Notes under the pieces: model-generated
What the model was told of the DNA's origin: nothing
The model's database searches: none
What the model saw: only the letters and a program-made list of their open reading frames with translations
Part shown: in pieces, positions 11,811 to 23,838 of the stretch
Layout: each line of letters begins with the position of its first letter
Numbering within the stretch: the first letter of the stretch is position 1
Position numbers and translations under genes: made by a program
From: Octopus sinensis
Lineage: Eukaryota
DNA length: 64,000 nucleotides
NCBI RefSeq assembly: GCF_006345805.1
Contig: NC_043001.1
Coordinates: forward strand, 18,600,001 to 18,664,000
Reading direction: 5' to 3'

Positions 11811-12406
11811 AAGGGAGGTGAGCTGGCAGAATCGTTAGCACGCCGGGCGAAATGCGTAGCCGTATTTTGCCTGCCGTTACGTTCTGTGTTCAAATTCCGC
11901 CGAGGTCGACTTTGCCTTTCATCCTTTCGGGATCGATAAATTAAGTACCAGTTACGCACTGGGTTCGATGTAATCGACTTAATCCGTTTGTCTGTCCTTG
12001 TTTGTCCCCTCTATGTTTAGCCCCTTGTGGGTAGTAAAGAAATAGGTATTTTGTCTGCCGTTACGTTCTGAATTCAAATTCCGCCGAGGTCGACTTTACC
12101 TTTCATCCTTTCGGGGTCGATAAATTAAGTACCAGTTACGCACTGGCGTCGATGTAATCGACTTAATCCGTTTGTCTGTCCTTGTTTGTCCTCTCTGTGT
12201 TTAGCCCCTTGTGGGTAGTAAAGAAATAGGTATTTCGTCTGCCGTTACATTCTGAATTCAAATTCCTCCGAGGTCGAATTTACCTTTCATCCTTTCGGGG
12301 TCGATTAAATAAGTACCAGTTACGCACTAGGGTCGATGTAATCGACTTAGTCTGTCCTTGTTTGTCCCCTCTGTGTTTGGCCCCTTGTGGGTAGGAAAAG
12401 AAATAC
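11811..12406 (+). mobile_element. SINE-A trimer inserted in the Merlin transposase
   Basis: Head plus three units; 16-bp TSD atattttcttcttcca (11795-11810 and 12407-12422). Confidence 0.9.
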
Positions 12407-12609
12407 ATATTTTCTTCTTCCAGCAAAACGTGCCTAATCTATCTGAACAGGATTTTCGACAGTTCCTACCATTTGTCTTCTGTTATCGACAGACAGAATT
12501 GAAGAGCAGACCCCCCCCCCTGCACATATTGAACCAGTCGCATATCGTCCTCCTGTTGATTCCACCCATTTATTCAGTTAAATTAAATGAGTGATCTTTG
12601 GCTGTTCCT

Positions 12610-13279
12610 AGTAGAATTTGAAATCTAAACGAAAATATAAACGATAAACGTCGCCCTTTTCAAACCTAGCCAGGCTCATGGGCCCGGTTTCCCGGTTTCT
12701 GTGGCGTATGTGTTCCTCGCGGCTGGACGGGACGCCAGTCCATCACAGCGTTACTCAAGAAACGGGAAGAAAGAGTGAGAGAAAGTTGGGGCGAGAGAGT
12801 ACAACAGGGGTCGCCACCACCCCCTGCCGGAGCCTCGGGGAGCTTTTAGGTGTTTTCGCTCAATAAACACACACAACGCCCGGTCTGGGAATCGAAACCG
12901 CGATCTTATGACCGCGAGTCCGCTGTCCTAACCACTAGGCCATTGCGCCTTCACAAACGAAAATATATGAAACTAAATATCATTAATCTGGTTCTTTATT
13001 ATTTCTGTCACACCACCATTTCTCTCTTTTTTAAATATTGATATCAAATTTTGGCACAAGGCCAGCAATTTCGGGAGAGGAGCGAGTCGATTGCATCGAT
13101 CTCCGTGTTCAACTAGCTCTTATTTTATCGACCTCCAAAAGGATGAAAGGTAAAATCCACCTCGGCAGAATTTTTAACTCAGAACGTAAGACGGACGAAA
13201 TACGGTTAAGCGTTCTATCCGGCGTGCTAAAGATTCTACCGGCTCGCCGCTCTGTTGCTCATTTTTAATATCAAACCAC
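12610..13279 (-). repeat. Inverted local duplication of 21954-23095
   Basis: Unique flanks, an old SINE-A and a SINE-C are shared colinearly in reverse complement. This copy lacks the ~450-bp nested insertions at 22049-22497. Confidence 0.85.
12640..12954 (-). mobile_element. SINE-C, tail type i (V-domain-like)
   Basis: TSD aaacgaaaatata; tail contains ctgtgatggactggcgtcccgtccag. Confidence 0.9.
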
Positions 13280-13614
13280 GGAAGTCGAGTAGATAGATGG
13301 ATTTTAAATGTAGATCAAAAAGTCGGTGTAGATCACAAACTATACCAATTGAACTAATGTAGATCACTAGCTATACCAGAAACATGAATCTAGGTCACAT
13401 ACTATACCGGCGCAATCTCGTCTTTGAAGGGTCATTGTTAATTTGTTCTTTGCTTCTTTTTCTTTTTATAAGCTATTAGGGTGTGATTTTGGGAGATACG
13501 ACAGCTATTTCTAGCTGCCTGACCGGTTACATGTTTCACCGTTGGCTTGCTATGACCGCATGTTTATCTAAAGGTATTCCGTGACGTCGTTTTCTTTTTA
13601 ATAAACCAACCTAA

Positions 13615-13636
13615 TGTATGTACGTATGTATGGATG

Positions 13637-13704
<68 letters not shown>

Positions 13705-13887
13705 ATATATATGTATGTATATATGTATATATATATATGTATGTATATCTATATGTATCTATATGTATATATATGTATATATATGCATGTATATATATAT
13801 ATGTATATATATATATGCATGTATATATATGTATATACATATATATATATGCATGTATGTATATACATATATATATATGCATGTATG

Positions 13888-13918
<31 letters not shown>

Positions 13919-13940
13919 ATATATATATGTATATATATAT
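13615..13940. repeat. (TA)n/(TATG)n microsatellite
   Basis: Read directly from the sequence. Confidence 0.95.
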
Positions 13941-14143
13941 ATTACAAAGCAGCCAATTATTTGACATTCGTTATTACCCGTAGTATCTGTGTGTGAGACT
14001 GAAAATCGATTCAAGATAGCGGAACTCTTTACTTCCGGTGAAGTGGTCTAACAATGTTATGACCTTTAAACTCATTACTTCTTCAGATGTTTTTTTCTTT
14101 TTTTTCCAAACAAATCACGAACACAGGTGACTGGATGTTAACT

Positions 14144-14159
14144 AGTTGCCATGGCAACT
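14144..14159. promoter_or_regulatory. Perfect RFX X-box palindrome
   Basis: aGTTGCCATGGCAACt in unique, non-repeat sequence. Function not shown. Confidence 0.45.
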
Positions 14160-14568
14160 GTCTAATGGTGACTGTACTTTAAAGCAACATGCCATCATGT
14201 TTAGTAATATATTGCTCAGCGGGGAATAGTTCATTCATTATCCCTTATGACATTAACTATCACTGATACCGTTATTCCACTATCGTTATTCAAGTCATCA
14301 CCGCAACTACCATCATCACCACATCCACCACCATCATCACAAATACTATTATTATCATAGCTACGATCATCATAATAAAAAAAACAGAGTCAACTAGTAA
14401 CAACAATAACCACAACAATGGCGACCAATTGTCTTTTTTCTTTTAATATATCGCCCGGTTCTCAGTGGGAAGCCCCTCTGCTCTATATTAAGTATGTACC
14501 AACTCTTTCTGAACGGATTAGCAATGTTTGTTTATGCGGTCATCAGGTAGGTGGTATGGAGGCGCAAT

Positions 14569-15353
14569 AAGGCGGCCAGCTGGCAGAAACGTTAGCACGC
14601 CGGGTGCAATGCTTAGCGCTATTTCGTCTGTCGCTACGTTCTGAGTTCAAATTCCGCCGAGGTTGACTTTGCCTTTCATCCTTTCGGGGTCGATAAATTA
14701 AGTACCAGTTCCGCACTGGGGTCGATGTAATCGACTTAATACCTATGTCTGTCCTTATTTGTCCCCTCTATGTTTAGCCCCTTGTGGGTAATAAAGAAAT
14801 AGGTATTTCGTCTGTCGCTACGTTCTGAGTTCAAATTCCGCCGAGGTCGACTTTGCCTTTCATCCTTTCGAGGTCGATAAATTAAGTACCAGTTGCGCAC
14901 TGGGGTCGATGTAATCGACTTAATACCTATGTCTGTCCTTGTTTGTCCCCTCTATGTTTAGCCCCTTGTGGGTAATAAAGAAATAGGTATTTCGTCTGTC
15001 GCTACGTTCTGAGTTCAAATTCCGCCGAGGTCGACTTTGCCTTTCATCCTTTCGGGGTCGATAAATTAAGTACCAGTTACGCACTGGGGTCGATGTAATC
15101 GACTTAATACCTATGTCTGTCCTTGTTTGTCCCCTCTATGTTTAGCCCCTTGTGGGTAATAAAGAAATAGGTATTTCGTCTGTCGTTACGTTCTGAGTTC
15201 AAATTCCGCCGAGGTCGACTTTGCCTTTCATCCTTTCGGGGTCGATAAATTAAGTACCAGTTACGCACTGGGGTCGATGTAATCGACTTAATACCTATGT
15301 CTGTCCTTGTTTGTCCTCTCTGTGCTTAGCCCCTTGTGGGTAGTAAAGAAATA
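14569..15353 (+). mobile_element. SINE-A tetramer inserted in a SINE-C head
   Basis: 184-bp period (junctions at 14802, 14986, 15170, 15354). TSD ggtatggaggcgcaat / ggtatggtgtcgcaat. Confidence 0.9.
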
Positions 15354-15735
15354 GGTATGGTGTCGCAATGGCCCAGTGGTTAAAGCAGAGGACTCGCGGT
15401 AGTAGGATCACGGTTTCGATTCCCAGACAGGGCGTTGTGAGTGTTTATTGAGCGAAAACACCTAAAGCTCCACGAGACTCCAGCAGGGGGTGGTGGCGTA
15501 TCCTGCTATACTCTTTCACCACAACTTTCTCTCACTCTTTCTTCCTGTTTCTGTTGTACCTGTATTTCAAAGGGCCAGCTTTGTCACACTCTGTGTCACG
15601 CTGAATCTCTCCCGAGAACTACGTTAAGGGTACACGTGTCTGTGGGGTGCTCAGCCACTTGCACGTTGATTTCACAAGCAGGCTGTTCCGTTGGTTCGGA
15701 TCAACTGGAACCCTCGTCGTCGTAACCGACGGAGT
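15354..15735 (+). mobile_element. SINE-C, tail type ii (head split by the SINE-A tetramer)
   Basis: Colinear with 11166-11552. Confidence 0.9.
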
Positions 15736-15896
15736 GCCATTAATTGAGGTAGGTGGTGGTGTACTGAATGACGTACGCTAAAGGCTCTCACTTGACTGAA
15801 ACTTACCTCTTAGTTGGAGAAAGGAAACAAAAACCTAACGGCAAATGTCGGCGACTGTTGCCGAAAAAAGATAGTTAGAAAAAAAAACAGTATATA

Positions 15897-16080
15897 GAGC
15901 AGGCGTGGCTGTGTGGTTAGGAAGCTCGTTTTGTAACCTCGTGGTTCAGTTCTACTGGCAGCTCCTTAGGTAAGTGCCTTCTATTATAACCCCACGTCGA
16001 CCAACACCACGTGACTGAATTTAGTAGAGGGGAAACTGTTTGGAATCTTGTATAAACATATGTATGTATGTATGTATGTA

Positions 16081-16117
<37 letters not shown>

Positions 16118-16350
16118 ATGTGTGCGTGCGTGTGTGACTTTGTATTCGTGTTTGAGCCCCACTACCGCTTGACAACCTTTGCTGGTGTGTTTACGACACC
16201 TTAACTTAGCGATTCGGCAAAAAAGATCGATAGAATAAGTACCAGACTTAAAACTATATTAAGTACTGGAGTCAATTTTCTAAAAAAACTGTTTCAAGGT
16301 GGTGCTCCAGCATGGCCGCAGTGCAATGCGCGAAACAAATAGAACATAAG
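15897..16350 (+). mobile_element. SINE-B, diverged
   Basis: Head, CORE, microsatellite and tail present. Confidence 0.8.
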
Positions 16351-16699
16351 CGGTAAACGATTTTCATAGAAAGATATTTTCATTCCTTTGGGGGAATTCT
16401 GACGTTTTTCACAAATTCATTGAAGAAACAACAATTAGAGTTGCCTTTTGAATAATTCAGTATTATTTAAATCAGAAATCTGAGTGGTAATCAATCGAAT
16501 TAAGCGATGATCGACTATATTGCTTTACAGGGCCTCAAATTTTTCTCTCACGGCGCTGTTATTATAATAATTAATAACACATTTAACTCTCGCTGGTTCA
16601 GTCTATCATGCTGTATGTACGTGACATAAAATCACTGTGTCAGACAGCGTGGCTTTGTACCATTAATGAGTTACTTCAATTTGTTATATAAATTTCGAA

Positions 16700-17202
16700 T
16701 AGAATTGGCTGTGTGGTAAGTAGCTTGCTTACGAACCACATGGTTCCAGGTTCAGTCCCACTGCGTGGCACCTTGGGCAAGTGTTTTCTACTATAGCCTC
16801 GGGCCGACCAAAGCCTTGCGAGTGGATTTGGTAGACGGAAACTGAAAGAAGTCCGTCGTATATATGTATATTATACTAATACATCTGCTTGTTTTGTACA
16901 CCACCTGTCTTCGTCTTTTGATTTTTTCGTAAACTCTCCCTATATATATATATGTGTGTGTGTGTGGTGTGTGTGTGTGTGTGCGTATGTGTTTGTGTCT
17001 GTGTTTGTCCCCACCAACATTGCTTGACAACCAATGCTGGTGTGTTTACGTCCCCGTAACTTAGCGGTTCGGCAAAGGAGACCGATAGAACAAGTACTAG
17101 GCTTACAAAGAATAAGTCCTGGGTCGATTTGCTCGACTAAAGGCGGTGCTCCAGTATGGCCACAGTCAAATGACTGAAACAAGTAAAAGAGTAAAAAAGA
17201 GT
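16700..17202 (+). mobile_element. SINE-B with inserted fragment (16863-16942) of the hammerhead-like element family
   Basis: The insert is the reverse complement of 60857-60925. Confidence 0.85.
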
Positions 17203-17297
17203 AATGCGTGAAATAGTCATAGCTAAGCTGACGTTTCCAAAATATGCTATTAAAATATAAACCAGTTAATTATAAACCAGTCACATCCAACATTCTA

Positions 17298-17864
17298 TTG
17301 GGTTGTCCGGAAAGTTTGTGCCGATTTTTAAAGGAAAGAAAAAGGACAATAAATACTTGCCATTACATTTTTAATCAACCAAATATGAACCATTTTGTTG
17401 CACAATGCGTCTCCATCTTTCCTTTAACTTGAAAATACCCTCTTCCCAGAATTGAGGTGGTTTCATGGCAAAGAATTCATCAAGGTATCTTTTTACGTCA
17501 TCCAAGGAATTGAAATTTTTACCATTAAGATTATTCTGCAGAGACCTGAATAAGCGGAAATCTGAAGGAGCAATATCTGGTGAATATGGAGGGTGGGGTA
17601 ACACATCCCAGCCGAGCTACAGCAATTTTTGTCTGGTTCCCTAAGGATCAAGTGCCGAAAATGAACTTTCTTATCTTCCATTTTAAAGGCTTACAGAAAT
17701 TAACACAGGTTATAGGAACATAAACCTTCTTCCACGAAAAGATAGCTTAAACTGTGCTCTAAATGGAGGTGTAGTCAAATCCTGTTTTATGGACTCAACC
17801 ATGTTCTAAAATAAGTCGAAAGGTAAGCTACTATAAATCGGCACGAACTTTCCGGACAACCCAA
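17298..17864 (-). mobile_element. Internally deleted mariner (Tc1/mariner) element, copy 1
   Basis: TIRs ttgggttgtccggaaagtt.gtgccgattt, TA TSDs. C-terminal transposase fragment PHPPYSPDIAPSDFRLFRSLQ..W..GI.KL.ERW (ORF 17371-17604). Confidence 0.92.
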
Positions 17865-18597
17865 TACATTTTTATGTTTAAATAGACAAGATCCTGCCTC
17901 TCACATCTAATCTACATTTTCATACTAAAAATAAACGGTCACATCGTCAAAATATCGAAGCTACGAGTAAATGCTTTAATTAATTGAAAGCAGTGTGAAT
18001 AAATAAGCATTACATTTGACTGTAATTTGAATGCGAAAAGGCGAAGTCTCTATACAGTCGCTCGACTTGCAGTAAATAGCAGGCAAGCCCCTTCAACCCA
18101 CAGCCGGCTGTCTTTAAAAATCACACATTGGATTATGTTCTCCGAGGTACACTATGCCTGAAAAATGTTTGAATGGCTTTGATGTTTGGTCATCGAATAC
18201 TGACCAAGGGCTACACAGCAATAATCTAAAAAAGGAAGTCGTCAGTTACGAAACGCCATCGTTAGTTCTATTTAAATCTGATTAACCTGAAATTCCGGAC
18301 ATTTTGCGCGCACACACGAACTAACGCCTACTTCGCACACACACACACACACACACAAACCATCCGGTCATAAAAAAAACAGGACCAATGGATAAACATT
18401 ACGAAGAAATAATCTTCTTACCACCCACACTCAAGAACGCACACACACACACACACACACATATACATACACTTATACAAGCACACATTAACACACATAC
18501 GCACACACACACGTTCTCTCCATTGCTCGTACTCACAGAATCAACTACACCACACAAATACACATTTACACACGCGCGCACACACACACACACTCAC

Positions 18598-18632
<35 letters not shown>

Positions 18633-18754
18633 CACACACACCACACACCATAACACGCAAACACCTGATTGCGCACTCACACACTTTCTTTCTTCCTTCC
18701 CAACCCTTCTCACATACGTTTCCACTCTCATCCGTGACACTACATAAATATTGG

Positions 18755-18965
18755 TTTCAAATTTTGGCACAAGGCCAGCAATTTTTTTGCGGGGAGTAAA
18801 GTCGATTACATTGATTGCAGTATTTAACTGCTACTTATTTTATCGACACCGAAAGGATGAAGGTAAAGTCAACCTCGGCGGCATTTTGAACTCAGAACGT
18901 AAAGACAGATGAAATGCCGCTAAGCTTACGGTCCGGTGCGGTAACGATTCTGCCAGCTCACCGCT
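18755..18965 (-). mobile_element. Old SINE-A
   Basis: Reverse-complement central domain, B box and head. Confidence 0.75.
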
Positions 18966-19029
18966 TTAGGTGCAAACATAAACTGAACCAAAAACAAAAA
19001 GAGTGACAGACCTAAAGCTGAACTGTGGT

Positions 19030-19533
19030 CTTCTTCTTCTTCTTCTTCCAATCAGGACTCACGCCATTAGCCACAAAGTGTAATCTCTCATTCGAGCCTA
19101 CTCTAAGCTACTAAGAATGCGTGTGGAAACTTGAAGATCCACCCACCACACGCGATAGACTGGCGGTTGCGCGGGCGCGAAAGCTACGTTGTTATCCTCA
19201 TTCCGTAAACGGTGGCTTTTAACGGGTGGAGAGCTGAACCATCCTGGGGTACAGAGGATTCGCAATCTAGACTAGGGTCTGAAAGTTTACCACACCATAG
19301 TAGGTTTCACCATGGTTCCATGGTTCCTCTGCTTTGTGGCAGAAGTAGGAAGAAAGAGTGAGAGAAAGTTGTGGTGAAAGAGTACAGTGGGGTTCACCAC
19401 CCTCCCCGCCGGAGTCTCGTGGAGCTTAGGTATTTTTGCTCAATAAACACTCACAATGCCCGGTCTGGGAATCGAAACCGCGCTCTTACGATCACGAGTC
19501 TGCTGCCCTAACCACTGGGCCATTGCGCCTCCA
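19030..19533 (-). mobile_element. SINE-C, tail type iii ending in (GAA)n
   Basis: Perfect 12-bp TSD ctgaactgtggt (19018-19029 and 19534-19545). Confidence 0.9.
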
Positions 19534-19800
19534 CTGAACTGTGGTTGAGTGTGAATGACATTGAAGAGGTCGCGAATGGCGATGGAAGGACTTGGACAAA
19601 AATACTTGATTAATTAGCCGAATGATTAACCATTGATTAGTTAGTTCTATTGAATGGGAAATTGCTCTGTCTTCTTTCAGTCATCCATAGTCAATAAAAT
19701 ACGAAGGGGTGCTGAAAGGTTCTTGGCTTTAGGGGTATCACGAAAGGCCTGGTTAGGGGCCCAACCTTCCGAGTTCTTTTACTGGATTTAGAAAAAACGA

Positions 19801-20005
19801 TAGGCGTAGGAGTGGCTGTGTGGTAAGTAGCTTGCTTACCGACCACATGGTTCCGGGTTCAGTCCCACTGCGTGGCACCTTGGCCAAGTGTCTTCTACTA
19901 TAGCCTCGGGTCGACCAAAGCCTTGCGAGTGGATTTGGTAGACGGAAACTGAAAGAAGCCCGTCGTATAATATGTATATATATGTATGTGTGTGTATGTG
20001 TTTGT
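19801..20005 (+). mobile_element. SINE-B, 5' half
   Basis: Head and CORE up to the microsatellite. Confidence 0.85.
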
Positions 20006-20029
20006 ATATAGGCAGTATATAGGCAGCGA

Positions 20030-20715
20030 GCTGGCAGAATCGTATGAACGCCGGGCGAAATGCTTAATAGTATTTCATCTGCCGCTACGTTCTGAGTTCA
20101 AATTCCGCCGAGGTCGACTTTACCTTTCATCCTTTCGGGTTCGATAAATTAAGCACCAGTTCAGAATTGGGGTCGATATAATCAACTGGCCCCCACTCTC
20201 CCTCAAAAATTTCAAGCTTTGTGTCTATAGTAGAAAAGAATCTTCAGCACGCCGGACAAAGTGCTTAGTGGCATTTTCTCGGTTTTATCTATTGAGTTCA
20301 AACACTGCCGTGGTCGACTTTGCTTTTCATCCTTTCGTGGTTGATAGATTAAGTACCAGTGAAACGCGGAGCTCGATGTAATCGTTTAGTCTCCTCCCCA
20401 TAAATTCCAGGCCTTGTTCCATCAGTAGAAAGGGTTATAATTATTATTAAAACCGTGTGTTGGCAAAAATGTCGTGCAGAATACTTAGCGGCATTTCTTC
20501 CGTCTTTACGTTCTGAGTTCAAATTACCCCGAGGCCTCTTTGCATTCCTTTTAGGGGGTCGATAAAATAAGTGTCAGTTGAGCACTGGGGTCGATGTAAT
20601 CGACTTATCCCCTTCTCGCAATTGCTGGCCTTGTGCCAAAATTTGAAACCGTTATTAAGGCGGTAACTTAGGAGAATCGTTAGCCCGTCGGACAAAATAC
20701 TTAGCAGCATTTCGT
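20030..20715 (+). mobile_element. Cluster of old SINE-A copies
   Basis: At least three decayed head/B-box/central-domain units. Confidence 0.75.
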
Positions 20716-21456
20716 CCGGCTAATTAGAAAGAACTATTTTCTGTAATATTGTGTTTGAATAGAAGAAATGGGAGAGTGCAGGTCCTAATGCATTTAGAAT
20801 ATCTGGTTACCCCTGCCAGCTTTTTGAGTTCAAATCCCAGTGCATTGGTTGTGTTCTCATAAAACAATAATAAAAAAGTCTTTATTGATTTATAAGAATA
20901 GGTTCAACTGACTCTATACCCATATCCATAAAATTCGACTGTTTGCTAAATGTCAAATATTTCAAGAAATATTACCATAGGTGTAATCATTAGACAAGGC
21001 AATTCATAATTATTTATTTTTCCATCAATAAATTAACCGGAAGGAAATAAAAAAAAAATATCTAGAAATATATGAGATACTGAAGTGAAAATTTTGATAT
21101 TTTTTTCCTGTTATCTGTATCTGAAATGAATTGGCTAATTTTTTTCTGTTATGAGGCCAAAAATTAGCTTGAATATATGGTTAACTTCATCTGATACGCA
21201 ATCATATTGACGTCCATTGGGAATCATAATTTATCGCTCTTAACTCACTTGTAACCGAACAGAATTTCCACTTCATTCGGTTAAATATTGGTTGCAAGTA
21301 TAAGCACAAGGCCTCACATAAGGAAATGTGGCAACTAAACAGACATCGGCACTGAACTGGTCATTATTTTATCGACTCAAGAAAGATTTAACGTAAAATA
21401 GACCCCAGCAGAACGTAAAAGTATACAACAAAATACTACACGGTATTATATCCAGA

Positions 21457-21690
21457 TAAAGCGGAGAGCTGGCAGAAACGTTAGCACGCCGGGCGAAATG
21501 CGTAGCCGTATTTCGTTTGCCGTTACGTTCTGAGTTCAAATTCCGTCGAGGTCGAGTTTGCCTTTCATCATTTCGGGGTCGATAAATTAAGTACCGGTTA
21601 CGCACTGGGGCCAATGTAATCGACTTAATCTGTTTGTCAGTCCTTGTTTGTCCCATGTGTGTTTAGCCCCTTGTGGGTAGTAAAGAAATA
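21457..21690 (+). mobile_element. SINE-A monomer
   Basis: Perfect 15-bp TSD ggtattatatccaga (21442-21456 and 21691-21705). Confidence 0.9.
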
Positions 21691-21984
21691 GGTATTATAT
21701 CCAGACCCAACCATTTCTACCTATCCACAGACGCGCCATGTGGTATATATTTCTGTCTAACTTTGACGCAATTTTGAGGTGAGTGGGAAGTCGATTACAT
21801 CGACCCCAGAACTTAACTGGTACTTAATTTTTTCAGACCCGAACGGATGAAAGGCGAAGTCGATCTCGACGGCATTTGAAATCAGAACATAAAAAAACTG
21901 TCGCTGAGCGTTTTTGTTCAGTGCTGTAACGATTCTACTAGCTCGCCGCCTTTCACGTGGTTTAATATTAAAAATGAGCAACAG

Positions 21985-22660
21985 AGCGGCGAGCTGGCAG
22001 AATCTTTAGCATGCCGGATAGAATGCTTAACCGTATTTCGTCTGTCGGAAGGCGGCAAGCTGGCAGAAGCGTTAGCACGCCAGGCGAAATGCTTAGCGGT
22101 ATTTCGTCTGCTGTCACGTTGTGAGTTCAAATTCCGCCGAGGTCGACTTTGCCTTTCATCCTTTCGGGGTCGATTAAATAAGTACAAGTAACTCACTGGG
22201 GTCGATATAATCGACTTAATCCGTTTGTCTGTCCTTGTTTGTCCTCTCTGTGTTTAGCCCCTTGTGGGATGTAAAAAATAGGTATTTCCTCTGCCGTCAC
22301 GAAATGCTTAGCGGTATTTAGTCTGCCGCTACGTTCCCAGTTCAAATTCCGCCGAGGTCGACTTAGATTTTCATCCTTTCGGGGTCGATAAATTAAATAC
22401 TAGTTACGCACTGGGGTCGATATAATCGACTTAATCCGTTTGTCTGTCCTTGTTTGTCCTCTCTGTGTTTAGCCCCTTGTGGGTAGTAAAGAAATAGGTA
22501 TTTCGTCCGTCTTACGTTCTGAGTAAAAATTGTGCCGAGGTGGATTTTACCATTCATCTTTTTGGAGGTCGATAAAATAAGTGCTAGTTGAACACTGAGA
22601 TCGATGTAATCGATTCGCTCCTCTCCCGAAATTGCTGGCCTTGTGCCAAAATTTGATATC
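21985..22660 (+). mobile_element. Old SINE-A host containing two nested younger SINE-A copies (22049-22497)
   Basis: Host head ends ..cgtatttcgtctgtcg, a full new head follows, and the host body resumes at ggtatttcgtccgtc (22498). Confidence 0.85.
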
Positions 22661-22744
22661 AATATTAAAAAAGAGAGAAATGGTGGTGTGACAGAAATGA
22701 TAAAGAACCAGATTAATGATATTTAGTTTCATATATTTTCGTTT

Positions 22745-23048
22745 GTAGAGGCGTAATGACCCAGTGGTTAGGGCAGCGGACTCGCAGTCGGAGGATCGCG
22801 GTTTCGATTCCCAGACCGGGCGTTGTATGTGTTTATTGACTGAAAACACCTAAAAGCTCCCCGAGGCTCCGGCAGGGGGTGGTGGCGACCCCTGTTGTAC
22901 TCTTTCGCCACAACTTTCTCTCAATCGTTCTTCCTGTTTTTTGAGTAACGCTGCGATGGACTGGTGTCCCGTCCAGCTGGGGGAAACACATACGCCACAG
23001 AAACCGGGAAACCGGGCCCATGAGCCTGGCTAGGCTTGAAAAGGGCGA
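22745..23048 (+). mobile_element. SINE-C, tail type i (paralog of 12640-12954 via the inverted duplication)
   Basis: Same flanks as the 12.6-kb copy. Confidence 0.9.
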
Positions 23049-23574
23049 CGTTTATCGTTTATATTTTCGTTTAGATTTCAAATTTTACCGCGATCCACTT
23101 TAACTTTCATTCCTTTAGGAACAAACAAAGAAAGTAAGTACCAATCATCTATCGTAAACTGTTCAATACTCTACACTTATACATTACAAGTTTACTATTT
23201 TAGGCCGATCTAAGAAAGTAGGTTGGATACTGAAGTACTAGCAGCCAACTGTCGGGTGGGTATAGTACTACTAGCCAGTGTTGACTGATCTTGTCGCAAG
23301 TGCTACAATGTGCAAGCTACTTAACTCTTAATGGCCCGCTCCACCTTGCTACAAGGTGATAAAATTCGCGTTGCAAGCAGCGGGAGCACTGTAAAATTGA
23401 GGAGTATTCTTTAATACTTTAGATACTTGGTTCAACTTATGTCATTATGGTATAATTTGGAAAGAGGCCGTCAGTGGGTTTTCTATGCATATCAGTTGAT
23501 TATCATTTAGGCGACAGGTGGGAGCTGGGAGTTGGAAGACGTATATGAATACATACATACATACATACATACAT

Positions 23575-23684
<110 letters not shown>

Positions 23685-23838
23685 TTGCTGTTATGCTTCA
23701 ACCCTTTGGTTTTGCCTCAGTTTTATTGGAAATTCTTGAAAATCCTATTCCAAACTTTGATATAAAAATGAAAAATAAAATGAGCGGTACGTGTTTCTAT
23801 CAGATACGACCACTTCTTTTTTCAAATTCTCATATCAT

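Larger units (their letters stand above)
10940..12560 (-). pseudogene. Merlin (IS1595/ISXO2-like DDE) transposase relic, interrupted by two SINE insertions
   Basis: Removing SINE-A (11811-12406) and SINE-C (11166-11552), each with one TSD copy, restores contiguous motifs: TICDWFNMC..VQID*ARFAGRRKYNRG..WVF..GSIIHSDKWPVYSNLNRYYIHSNVNH..GTHRQNIERS. These cover the three DDE segments of Merlin transposases. Stops and frameshifts are present. Confidence 0.85.

Noticed and set aside
11585-11959. ORFs containing YRPRKDERQSRPRRNLNSERNGRRN recurring through the window
   Set aside because: These are antisense translations of SINE-A. Only the part of this ORF after GRRKYNRG is real (Merlin relic).
15807-15854. 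48-nt minus-strand micro-exon candidate with ctaac branch point and gtaagt donor
   Set aside because: Only one open frame and no recognisable peptide; such signals arise by chance in AT-rich DNA.
19701-19795. Possible 5' end of another mariner-like element (tacgaaggggtgctgaaa)
   Set aside because: No matching second TIR or transposase found.
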